A stretch of 64,000 nt of DNA from an uncultured Gemmatimonadales bacterium. GTDB lineage: Bacteria > Gemmatimonadota > Gemmatimonadetes > Gemmatimonadales > GWC2-71-9. The stretch is taken from the NCBI GenBank assembly GCA_963842945.1, contig CAWJIM010000021.1, positions 32,001 through 96,000 of the forward strand, read 5' to 3'. This document shows, piece by piece, positions 22,392-30,873 of the stretch. Position numbers and translations under genes: made by a program. The notes under the pieces were generated by a model that was given only the letters and a program-made list of their open reading frames with translations, was not told the DNA's origin and ran no database searches. Every line of letters begins with the position of its first letter. Positions within the stretch are counted from its first letter, which is position 1.

Positions 22392-22937
22392 TCAGCTCCT
22401 GTCCTCTCGAAGGATGGCGTACACTACCACGTCTTCATACACTCCCCACTTTCTCACCCGCTGGCGCAGGAGCCCTTCGCGCAACATTCCGGCGGCCTGC
22501 AGAACCTTCCCGGCCGAGGGGTTGCGAACCATGTGATGGGCACAGATTCGATTCAGACCAATGGAGTTGAATCCAAAGTCGATGATTGCAGCGGCGGCCT
22601 CCCGGGCATAGCCGTTACCCCACCACTCCAGTCCGATCCAGAATCCCAACTCGGCCTGGAGATGTTCCGGATCGATGTCTCGCAGCCCAATTGAGCCGAT
22701 CAGGGCTCTGCCGGTACGTAATCGGATGGCAAAGTTGATGGCCCGTCCCCGGGAAGCTTCCCTTCGCTGCTGTCCGATCCATGCGAGGGCGTGATCCAGC
22801 TCGTAGGGATGGGGAATTGCCAGCGTGGTGTCGGCAATCTCCCGCGCGCCGGCCAGGCGCTGCAGCTCAGGAGCGTCTTCTTCCGTGAATGCCCCGAGGG
22901 TCAGACGTGGCGTCCGCAGGGTTGGGGTTGACGTCAC
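22392..22937 (-). CDS. RimJ/RimL-type GNAT acetyltransferase
   Basis: LRTPRLTL, AELGFWIG, WWGNGYAREA, NPSAGKVL, EGLLR. Confidence 0.9.
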   Translation of the reverse strand: MTSTPTLRTPRLTLGAFTEEDAPELQRLAGAREIADTTLAIPHPYELDHALAWIGQQRREASRGRAINFAIRLRTGRALIGSIGLRDIDPEHLQAELGFWIGLEWWGNGYAREAAAAIIDFGFNSIGLNRICAHHMVRNPSAGKVLQAAGMLREGLLRQRVRKWGVYEDVVVYAILREDRS

Positions 22938-22944
22938 GGCAGGA

Positions 22945-23298
22945 CTAGAAGGCGTGTTGCTGTGCCCGTTCGATGCTCTGCCCCAGCTCCCCTGCAGCTT
23001 CGCGTAAGTTGTTCAGCTCGGCGTAGCGCCCACTCACCGAGCCGCCTCGAAGATCGTTGCCCAGGCCACGGCACATTTCCGTGGCCCGCCGGATCCGGAA
23101 GCGCTCCTGGAAGTTCTTGTAGTCATCGCCGCCGGCCGCTCCCAGCAAACCCCAGAGTCTCAGACGCATGTCGTCCAGCGCGCTCTTGAAGTCCTCCAGT
23201 CCTTCGACCGGCGCCTTGCCCAGCGCCAGGCGGACCTCGATGGCCCTCAGAGTGGAGTTAAGCGTCGCGACGTGTTCGCCAAAGCTGGGCTCTCCCAT
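22945..23298 (-). CDS. Hypothetical alpha-helical protein
   Basis: GGAGGGG RBS before ATG 23298; operon-like spacing. Confidence 0.65.
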   Translation of the reverse strand: MGEPSFGEHVATLNSTLRAIEVRLALGKAPVEGLEDFKSALDDMRLRLWGLLGAAGGDDYKNFQERFRIRRATEMCRGLGNDLRGGSVSGRYAELNNLREAAGELGQSIERAQQHAF

Positions 23299-23347
23299 GA
23301 CCCCTCCTGACGACTGGCCGCAAGAGCGGCCTGAGCCTACCTCCGTG

Positions 23348-23551
23348 CTACTCCCGGTATGCGTCAACCGACATGTTGAGGTCCCGTCGCAGTTCCGTCT
23401 CGCCACTGACCAGCGAGCTCCAGCTGATCTCCTGCCCCTTACGAGCGCCCTTGGGGGTGATCTTCACCCCTTCAGGGGAGATGGCCACGGTGTACAGCTT
23501 GCCGTCGAGGTCCAGCTCTCGCTTGATCGTTTTGTCGAGTTTGGTAGCCAT
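23348..23551 (-). CDS. Small conserved hypothetical protein
   Basis: GAGGA RBS; MATKLDKTIKREL...KGARKGQEISW. Confidence 0.7.
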   Translation of the reverse strand: MATKLDKTIKRELDLDGKLYTVAISPEGVKITPKGARKGQEISWSSLVSGETELRRDLNMSVDAYRE

Positions 23552-23709
23552 GATTCCTCAGCAGTTTGGAGGAGCGTGGTCGCGCATAAGTCTTTGTGTA
23601 CCAGCGGGTCCCTGTTCCAGCCCGCCAATTATACGCAATAGATGGCACTGCCGTCGAGTTGCGCCGGGGTGCCTACCCCTAGCTTTAGAATATCCCCACA
23701 GAGCAGTCG

Positions 23710-23934
23710 GTGATGCCCAATGAGCGTGAGGCCCGCCTTAAGCGGGAATTCGTGAGACTGTATCCCGGGCTCAAACCCGGCGTTTGGTACAACGCCGCCT
23801 GGTTGTCGGCCCGCCAGTTCGCCCGAATGCCATGCGACGGCCGAGCCGAGTCCATGGCGTCCGTGGTAAACGAGCAGCATTTCGAGTTCCGGGGCGGAAA
23901 GCCCTGGCGCAAGCCAAGGGCCCGCCAGCGATAG
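23710..23934 (+). CDS. Small hypothetical protein (REARL...LYPG...HFEFRGG type)
   Basis: Recalled as a small-protein pattern of Gemmatimonadales genomes (unverified); TAGAAT upstream. Confidence 0.5.
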   Translation: MMPNEREARLKREFVRLYPGLKPGVWYNAAWLSARQFARMPCDGRAESMASVVNEQHFEFRGGKPWRKPRARQR

Positions 23935-24142
23935 ATCCCACCTCATAGCCGGGAACCTACGCCCGGCTCCATCTGTTTGGCCCATCTTCGGCTCGGCTAG
24001 TCCACCCTGTGGTCGCTATCACAGCAGTGGTGCGGCCGCCCACTAAAATGCTCTGATCGAAAAGGGTGGGCAGGGCCTGCAACTTGGGGCCGCTTTCAGG
24101 TTCCTCCGGGTGACTCTGACCCGAGCAGTTATAGATAGGCCT

Positions 24143-25606
24143 ATGAGTTACTTGCGCTTCCTCCATCGATCCCTGGCGCCGATCGGCGCCACTGCCGCGC
24201 TCGCCTGCGGCGGAGAGGACCTTGTCCTTCCCACCGACGGCTCTCCGAGCTCTCCGGCCGCGCTCCAGATGGTCACTGGAGATGGCCAGGTCGGAGCTCC
24301 GGGATCGGCCCTGTCTCAGCCGGTAGTCGTCAAGCTCCTGGATCAGAACGGCAATCCAATGGCCCGCCAGCCGGTGGCGTGGGTGATCAGTACCGGCCGG
24401 GGGACAGTGGTGCCTCAGAGTCCCACCACCGACCAGAACGGGATGGCCTCGGCCACCTGGACGCTGGGGTCCGAAGGGCCCAACAGCTTGAACGCGGTGG
24501 TGAGCGGGATCGATCCCGTCACCTTCAACGCAACCGCCGACAACGGCGGCGGCGATGACAGCGGCTCCGGTGGCGGCGGAGGCTCGGGTGGAGGGGGCGG
24601 GACGGGCACCATACCGAGCGCCGGAACGTCAACTGTCTCGGCCGACCCGTCCTCAATCGAGGTGGGGAATGGCGTTGCGACCATCCGGGTGACGGTGCGA
24701 GATGCTACCGGAGCTCCTGTGCCCGGCGCAATCGTCACCCTGACGGCCAGCGGCAGCGGAAACACGCTGACGCAGCCGAAAGACCCGACCGGCCCCGACG
24801 GTGTGGCGATCGGCAAGCTCAAGTCGAGCGTCGCCGGTACCAAGGACATCATCGCCGTGGTCAATGGCAGCCTCCAGATCAACCAGACTGCCCAGATCAC
24901 GGTGTCGACCGCCCCGGCAAGCCGGGTCCAGATGGTCGCGGGCGACAATCAGCGTGCGCAGCCCGGTGCCGAAGTTCCGGTGGGTCCCGCGGTACGGGTC
25001 CTCGACACCGCCGGCAATCCGGTGGTAGGGTACGAGGTGACGTTCGTCGTGGGTGAGGGTGGTGGCACCGTGACTGGTGGCATTCAGACGACGAACGCCG
25101 AGGGTATTGCCCGGGTGGACAGCTGGATTCTGGGCAGCGCGGGACGGAACACGCTGGAGGCGCGGGCCGGCTCGCTCCAGGGAAGCCCGGTGGTCTTCAC
25201 GGCAACCGCGGTGGCTCCACCACCACCGCCGCCACCACCACCTCCCCCACCGCCACCGTCGTCGGCCAAGCCGGACCATTTCGTCTTCCGGGTCCCGCCG
25301 CAGGACGTAAACCGGAACCAGCCGTTCAGGGTCGAGGTGGCCATTGTAGACGTGAACGGAAACGTCGTTCCGTTGAATGGGATCGAGATCTACGTCGGGT
25401 TGTTCCGGGAGGGCAGCGACGCGCCGGTCAATACGGTATTGCTGGGCGACCGCTTCAGGGACACGCAGAGCGGGATTGCGGTGTTTAATCTGAGCATCAC
25501 TGACACCGGACGATATCGGATGCGGGGACTGTCGGATGAGCTGCCGGAGCTTGGCCCTCACGGTCCTGAGCCGTGGCTCTACAGCGGTCTGTTCGAAGTG
25601 AGATAG
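24143..25606 (+). CDS. Lipoprotein with bacterial Ig-like (Big-1/invasin-type) domains; Gly-rich and poly-Pro linkers
   Basis: Lipobox ALAC; repeated GDxQ...V.V.D..GNP...T...G.A...W.LG...N.L Ig repeats. Confidence 0.85.
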   Translation: MSYLRFLHRSLAPIGATAALACGGEDLVLPTDGSPSSPAALQMVTGDGQVGAPGSALSQPVVVKLLDQNGNPMARQPVAWVISTGRGTVVPQSPTTDQNGMASATWTLGSEGPNSLNAVVSGIDPVTFNATADNGGGDDSGSGGGGGSGGGGGTGTIPSAGTSTVSADPSSIEVGNGVATIRVTVRDATGAPVPGAIVTLTASGSGNTLTQPKDPTGPDGVAIGKLKSSVAGTKDIIAVVNGSLQINQTAQITVSTAPASRVQMVAGDNQRAQPGAEVPVGPAVRVLDTAGNPVVGYEVTFVVGEGGGTVTGGIQTTNAEGIARVDSWILGSAGRNTLEARAGSLQGSPVVFTATAVAPPPPPPPPPPPPPPSSAKPDHFVFRVPPQDVNRNQPFRVEVAIVDVNGNVVPLNGIEIYVGLFREGSDAPVNTVLLGDRFRDTQSGIAVFNLSITDTGRYRMRGLSDELPELGPHGPEPWLYSGLFEVR

Positions 25607-26081
25607 GCTGGTAGGCGTTTCCGAAAGAACCACGAGCCCGGGCGTCCACCGTCCGGGACGGTAATGCGCTGCGTCTCGGGCACCTGGAAGCCGCGGTCTT
25701 CGGTAGCATTCACGATCCTTTCACGACTCGGTCCTATCCTAGACGCGTGTCCGTTGTCTTGAGGGACGTGGCTCGACACGCCTTCGTACTCCTCCGATTT
25801 CGAGGATGCACCCGACACGCTCGTCGGATGTGCCACCAAGAATTCGGAGGTTGAACATGTGGACGATTCTTTCCCCAGGAGCCCTGCTCACGCTTAGCCT
25901 CGCCAGTTGTTCGACCTCGTCGAACTCAGTTTCTGGACCGGACATAGAAACAGATCGCGTGCAGGAGCCGACTGCACCGTGTGAACCTCCTAAGTATCGA
26001 CCTTGGTCGGGGACCTGGTTCAGCTCGCGCGTGATGTCATCCACCACTGGGTGCCCCCCGGTCAGCCCGTCGCCGTAACCC

Positions 26082-27017
26082 ATGCAATTGCAACCCTCGC
26101 CTGCGGCAACGCCGCCTAGATCACGACTCCTGGGGCTCGTACGCCTCGCTTTCGCCGATCAATACCAGGTAGATCGTGAGATCGGCCGCGGTGGCGATTC
26201 CCGAACCTTTCTCGCAGTTGATGGGGAAGGACAGAAGCTCGCGCTCAAGATCCTCCATCCCGAGGTCATCGAGAGTGTGGCTGCTGACCGGTTCTTGCGC
26301 GAGATCAGGATGACATCACAACTGAACCACCCCCACATTGCTCGCCTGCTCGATTCCGGTGAGCGGGATTGGCTGGTCTACCTCGTCACGGCCTTTATTG
26401 ACGGGCCGAGCCTCCGGGAGGTGCTCGGCCGCAGCCCGCAGCTCAGCATAGCCGACACGCTTCGGATCGGGCGCGAGCTTCTCGACGCGCTCGACCATGC
26501 CCACCAGGTCGGGATTGTGCATCGGGATGTCAAGCCGGAGAACGTCCTCATTTCAACTGATCGCGGCGCCGTTCTGCTTGACTTTGGAATCGCCCGGGCA
26601 ATCATCAGCTCAGGTACCGACGCGATCACCCGCACCGGTATTACCGTGGGTAGCTCGGCCTATATGAGCCCCGAGCAGATCAACGCGGAAAAGGATATCG
26701 ATGGTCGAAGTGATCTCTATTCTCTCGGCTGCGTGCTCTTCGAGTGCCTTGCGGGGAGACCGCCGTTCGTCTGGCGCAAGGAGGTAGTGGTCCTCCAGCT
26801 CCACCTCACGGAGCCCGTGCCGGACGTGCGGACCTTTAGGCCCGACGTGCCAGCCGATCTCGCGGAGGCTATTAATAGAGCGCTCGCAAAGCTGCGGAGA
26901 GAGCGCTGGCAATCCGCGGACGAAATGGCGAGCTTCCTGAATGGCGGTCAGCCCGCTGAGCAGTTGGTCGCCGGTAAGCAGTCTGTTGAGCCGTTAGTTA
27001 CCCCATACACCCTCTAA
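26082..27017 (+). CDS. Hanks-type Ser/Thr protein kinase (kinase domain only; start uncertain)
   Basis: IGRGG, ALKIL, HRDVKPEN, DFG, YMSPEQ, DLYSLG. Confidence 0.9.
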   Translation: MQLQPSPAATPPRSRLLGLVRLAFADQYQVDREIGRGGDSRTFLAVDGEGQKLALKILHPEVIESVAADRFLREIRMTSQLNHPHIARLLDSGERDWLVYLVTAFIDGPSLREVLGRSPQLSIADTLRIGRELLDALDHAHQVGIVHRDVKPENVLISTDRGAVLLDFGIARAIISSGTDAITRTGITVGSSAYMSPEQINAEKDIDGRSDLYSLGCVLFECLAGRPPFVWRKEVVVLQLHLTEPVPDVRTFRPDVPADLAEAINRALAKLRRERWQSADEMASFLNGGQPAEQLVAGKQSVEPLVTPYTL

Positions 27018-27191
27018 CAGCACTGCATTATCGCGGATCAAGGATCCCAGGTATCCCTGCTGCAAGGCCCGAACGGCCCGGGCCAAGTCTGGGGAAGAGT
27101 TCTATCGCAGGCTTTTGGAATCGCACGGGCGGATCTTAGCTGCGGCGCTTCGACACCCGCCTACCACGCCATGGCAGGAAGGGAAATCTTT

Positions 27192-27518
27192 ATGTCGTCA
27201 ATTCAATCAAAGTTGCAAGCCGAGAACTGGCTCGCGAAACGACTCGGGCAGGAAGGACCTGGTCTCTGGACCGATCGGGAGCGCGAGGAGCTTGCTGCGA
27301 AGCTGGCGCAGGACTACCGACCTCAGGGACCCGAATGGCGGGTGAAGCCATGGACGCCGGACCCCCAAGAAATTTCCGTCCATGTGGTGACCCGCGGGGG
27401 CACTTTCGGGATTCATACAAGCGACGACCGCGAGAAAGCCCGCGAGAAAGCCGAGGCGATCATGCGAGCGCTCAACGCCTTAGATGCCGAGATGAGGAAC
27501 AAAACTCAGTCGGTCTAA
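27192..27518 (+). CDS. Hypothetical protein
   Basis: GGAAGGG upstream of ATG; plausible small alpha/beta protein. Confidence 0.45.
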   Translation: MSSIQSKLQAENWLAKRLGQEGPGLWTDREREELAAKLAQDYRPQGPEWRVKPWTPDPQEISVHVVTRGGTFGIHTSDDREKAREKAEAIMRALNALDAEMRNKTQSV

Positions 27519-27783
27519 ATTGTCGCCGCTGTCGCCGTTCGGGGTCTCAGGATGCCTCAACCAATTTGCATCGGCTTCGTGAGACTTCGGGCTCAGCTGC
27601 TCAGACGCCCGTAAGTACTGACCTAACGATAGGGAGTTTGACGAGGGGCAGCAGCCGCCCCGCACTGGCCGCTTCGCCCCGTAACCGCAGTAACCTTCAG
27701 TACCCGCTTCGCTCGCTACTTCCTGCTACTTTTACTAGAGCCAAAAGCGGCCCATTTTTGGCCCGTCTCAGCCCGCGTAGGAC

Positions 27784-27820
27784 AAAAAGAAGGAGTTAGC
27801 CAAAACTGGTCTAACTCCTT
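27784..27820 (-). terminator. Intrinsic terminator downstream of tRNA-Asn
   Basis: 10-bp stem AAGGAGTTAG/CTAACTCCTT followed on the minus strand by CTTTTT. Confidence 0.6.
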
Positions 27821-27852
27821 CCAAAACAAGCCAACCTGTTGTTTTACTAAAG

Positions 27853-27925
27853 CTCCCGAGGAGGGACTCGAACCCCCGACCCGGTGATTAACAGTCACCT
27901 GCTCTACCAACTGAGCTACTCGGGA
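27853..27925 (-). tRNA. tRNA-Asn(GTT), CCA not encoded
   Basis: Minus strand TCCCGAG-TA-GCTC AGTTGGTA GAGC-A-GGTGA CT GTT AA TCACC-GGGTC-GGGGG TTCGAGT CCCTC-CTCGGGA-G; full cloverleaf. Confidence 0.97.
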
Positions 27926-27948
27926 AAACTGATTTTTACAGCGGACGG

Positions 27949-27977
27949 AATCTCGCCAGAGGTCCCGGAAGGGTCAA
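27949..27977 (-). promoter_or_regulatory. Putative sigma70 promoter of tRNA-Asn
   Basis: TTGACC-17 bp-GAGATT on the minus strand, 23 nt upstream of the tRNA. Confidence 0.5.
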
Positions 27978-28017
27978 GCAGCATTACCCCGATCGAGAAC
28001 CTTCCGGCTCAACTGAA

Positions 28018-28239
28018 TCACCGATCATTCGCAACCGAGTCGAGCCGCGCATTCCGTGCGGCCGCCGAGTCATCGGCCCTCAGCGCTCCCCTGACACCCT
28101 GGGCTCCGGGAAGGTTCGATGCGCCGAGCGCGCTGTCACGCGCCCGCTGTGACCCGGCGTCTCGGGATGGCGAAGGATGGGAAGAACAGCCGATCATCAG
28201 CAGCAGACCGATCCAGAGCCAGCGCGGGGCAGCGGCCAT
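28018..28239 (-). CDS. Small lipoprotein
   Basis: Signal peptide with lipobox MIGC; SQRARDSALGASNLPGAQGVRGALRA. Confidence 0.65.
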   Translation of the reverse strand: MAAAPRWLWIGLLLMIGCSSHPSPSRDAGSQRARDSALGASNLPGAQGVRGALRADDSAAARNARLDSVANDR

Positions 28240-28573
28240 GAGAATTCCACGAAAAGGGGTGTTCGAATTTAGCTTCCCCAATGCTAGCATCTGCGCCGCC
28301 TGGTGAGCGGAGTTACAGTAGGAATTGCCCGTGCCATGGTAACTTCTTCGGGTACCGCCCGAAAACCCGGTCAGCCCATAACGACTTGTTTCTCACGTAA
28401 GTGGATCGTCAGAGAACGTTGTCAAGTGGAGTATTGCCGCTGAGCAGCCCCCAAAAGTTGGCCAGTATTTTGTTGACATCGACCGGTGCGGGACTGCATT
28501 CTAACTCATTGCCTTTTCAAATGTTACAGAAATGATACTACTGTTTTTCCCAATCCGGCTTACCTTCTAGCCA

Positions 28574-29665
28574 ATGGCCCTTCCTCCACTGATTGGGCAC
28601 GCGGGTCTCCGGACTCGCCTGGCTCAGGCAGTAGCAAAGGGCAGCCTGCCCCAGGTCATCTTGCTGACCGGGCCGGCCGGAGTGGGTAAGCAGCGGCTCG
28701 CGTTGTGGCTCGCACAGCTGGTGTTTTGTGAGCGACGAGGAAACGAGCCCTGCGGGGAGTGCCGGGGCTGCCGCCTGGTAGCGTCGCTCTCCCATCCCGA
28801 TCTGCATTGGTTCGTCCCGATCCCGAGGCCCAAGGTCTCGGATCCGGACAAGCAGGTTGAGGAAGCAGCCCAGGCTCTGGCCCAGGCCCTCGATGATAGA
28901 CGTACGCAGCCGCTCTACCCCGAGAGCGACGGAATGGCGAGCCACGGTATCGCGATGGTTCGCCTGCTCCAGCGCCGCGCGGCGCTCACGTCGGTAGAAG
29001 GTGGCAGCCGGGTCTTCATCATCGGAGAAGCCGACCGGCTGGTGGCTCAGGAAGCGAGCCCCGAAGCGGCGAACGCACTGCTGAAGCTGCTGGAGGAGCC
29101 GCCGCCGGGAAGTCTCTTCCTGTTGACCACGGTTGAGCCCCGCCGGCTGCTCCCGACGATTCGATCGCGGGCGGTGGCCCTCCGGCTCAACCGGTTGAGC
29201 GACGACGAGGTGAGGGGGTTTCTGGAAACCTCCGTCCGGCCCAAGCCGTCCGCAGGAGAGTTGGAACAGCGGGTGACGGCGGCGGAAGGGTCCATCGGAA
29301 GGGCGCTGGGAGGCGGATCGGCGGCAACGAAAGCCCGGGATGCTGCTCATCAGTTGCTCCAGGCAGTATTAGCGGGACCGGGACCGGCGCTGGAGCGGGC
29401 GCTCAATCAGCCGCCCTGGTCCGCTCGAGGCGAGTTCACCGCCATGCTGGACGCTCTGGCTGAGACCCTGGGAGACGCAGCCCGAGGTGCGGTGGGACAG
29501 GTCCCCCGCCGGCCGCTGCCCCAGTCCCTGTTGCGCCGCGGCGGTCCCGAGCCGATGCTGAAGGCGCTGGAACATGTGGCCGACGCGCGAGAAGCAGCCT
29601 GGGGTAACGTCAACCCGCAGATTCTTCTGGCGGTCCTGGGCCGGGAACTGGCGGAGGTGCTGTGA
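28574..29665 (+). CDS. holB: DNA polymerase III subunit delta'
   Basis: LLTGPAGVGK, zinc module CE...PCGECRGC, HPDL, AANALLKLLEEPP, LLPTIRSR. Confidence 0.9.
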   Translation: MALPPLIGHAGLRTRLAQAVAKGSLPQVILLTGPAGVGKQRLALWLAQLVFCERRGNEPCGECRGCRLVASLSHPDLHWFVPIPRPKVSDPDKQVEEAAQALAQALDDRRTQPLYPESDGMASHGIAMVRLLQRRAALTSVEGGSRVFIIGEADRLVAQEASPEAANALLKLLEEPPPGSLFLLTTVEPRRLLPTIRSRAVALRLNRLSDDEVRGFLETSVRPKPSAGELEQRVTAAEGSIGRALGGGSAATKARDAAHQLLQAVLAGPGPALERALNQPPWSARGEFTAMLDALAETLGDAARGAVGQVPRRPLPQSLLRRGGPEPMLKALEHVADAREAAWGNVNPQILLAVLGRELAEVL

Positions 29666-30141
29666 AGCTCACGCACCTGGACGAGCTGGGCCGGGCCCGC
29701 ATGGTAGATGTCGGGGACAAGCCGGTATCCGAGCGCACCGCGGTGGCGGAGGGGGCAGTGAGGATGTCCCGCGAGGCGTTCGAGCAGGTGGCGGCGCAGG
29801 CGGTGGCCAAGGGAGACGTGCTCGCCGTTGCCGAAGTGGCTGGGACCATGGGCGGGAAGCGCGCGGGTGAGCTGATTCCGCTGTGCCATCCGCTCGGTCT
29901 CGATCTGATCCAGGTCGAAGCTCGGTTGGAACCGGAGCTGCCGGGAGTGCGGGTCACGGCGCTGGCAAAGGCCACCGGGAAAACCGGAGTAGAGATGGAA
30001 GCGTTGACCGCGGTTGCAGTGGCATGTTTGACGGTGTACGACATGGTGAAGGCCATCGACCGGGGAATGACTATCGAGGAGGTCCGGTTGGTGAGCAAGA
30101 CGGGTGGAACCCGGGGAGATTGGCGCCGAACCGCAGGGTAA
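29662..30141 (+). CDS. moaC: Cyclic pyranopterin monophosphate synthase
   Basis: LTHLD...MVDV, KGDVL, LIPLCHP, TGVEMEAL, YDMVKAID, KTGG. Confidence 0.97.
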   Translation: MKLTHLDELGRARMVDVGDKPVSERTAVAEGAVRMSREAFEQVAAQAVAKGDVLAVAEVAGTMGGKRAGELIPLCHPLGLDLIQVEARLEPELPGVRVTALAKATGKTGVEMEALTAVAVACLTVYDMVKAIDRGMTIEEVRLVSKTGGTRGDWRRTAG

Positions 30142-30174
30142 GGACGGGCTTCTCACAAAGGAAAGGGGTAACGC

Positions 30175-30873
30175 GTGGCGAGACCCATCGATTACGGCGA
30201 ACCGAAGCCGATGACCGCGGAGCGTATCCTGCTCCGGGGTGGCGTTCTCCTGGCTGCCGCTTTGGGAATCGGCGCGCTGGGCGGCTGGAACAAGGCGGTT
30301 CGGGCCGCGAGCGATCACGCTGCCCTTCCCGACGTGGGGATTGTCGCTCGCGAGTTGGGAAGCCTGAGCGACCAGCTCGAGGCGGCCAAGGGCGAAGCCA
30401 CCGTGATCAAGCTTCAGCTCGAGCGGGCCAACACCATCCTCGACAACTCTACCCGCTATCAGATTCCCGCCGATCTCTCGGCGGCCATTTACGACATTGC
30501 CCTGAGCGAGGGAATCGACCCCTCACTGGGATACCAGCTGGTCAAGATCGAGAGTCAGTTCAACCGGCAGGCCAAGAGCAACATGCGGGCATACGGCTAC
30601 ACCCAGCTTCAGGTGGAGACCGCCCGGTTCTACCAGCCGAATATCAAGGAGAAGGATCTCTACGATCGGGATACCAATCTGCGGCTGGGATTCCGGTTCC
30701 TCAACGAGCTGCTGGCCCGGTTCCAGTACGACGTACATCTGGCACTCCTGGCCTACAACCGGGGACCGAAGCGGGTAGATCAGATCCTGGCGCAGGGTGG
30801 CAACCCCGCTAACGGCTACTCCGACGCGGTGCTGAAGGGCTATCGGCCGATCGGCTCCCCCAGCACCCGTTAG
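30175..30873 (+). CDS. Lytic transglycosylase (SLT domain) with N-terminal TM/coiled coil
   Basis: IESQF, AYGYTQL, NLRLG, ALLAYNRG. Confidence 0.85.
   Translation: MARPIDYGEPKPMTAERILLRGGVLLAAALGIGALGGWNKAVRAASDHAALPDVGIVARELGSLSDQLEAAKGEATVIKLQLERANTILDNSTRYQIPADLSAAIYDIALSEGIDPSLGYQLVKIESQFNRQAKSNMRAYGYTQLQVETARFYQPNIKEKDLYDRDTNLRLGFRFLNELLARFQYDVHLALLAYNRGPKRVDQILAQGGNPANGYSDAVLKGYRPIGSPSTR

Noticed and set aside
25610..26081. ORFs 25739-26083 (minus) and 25806-26078 (plus)
   Set aside because: No motifs, RBS or convincing composition; possibly decayed sequence upstream of the kinase.
28290..28570. Replication origin (oriC)
   Set aside because: No TTATCCACA-type DnaA boxes seen and no dnaA/dnaN nearby.
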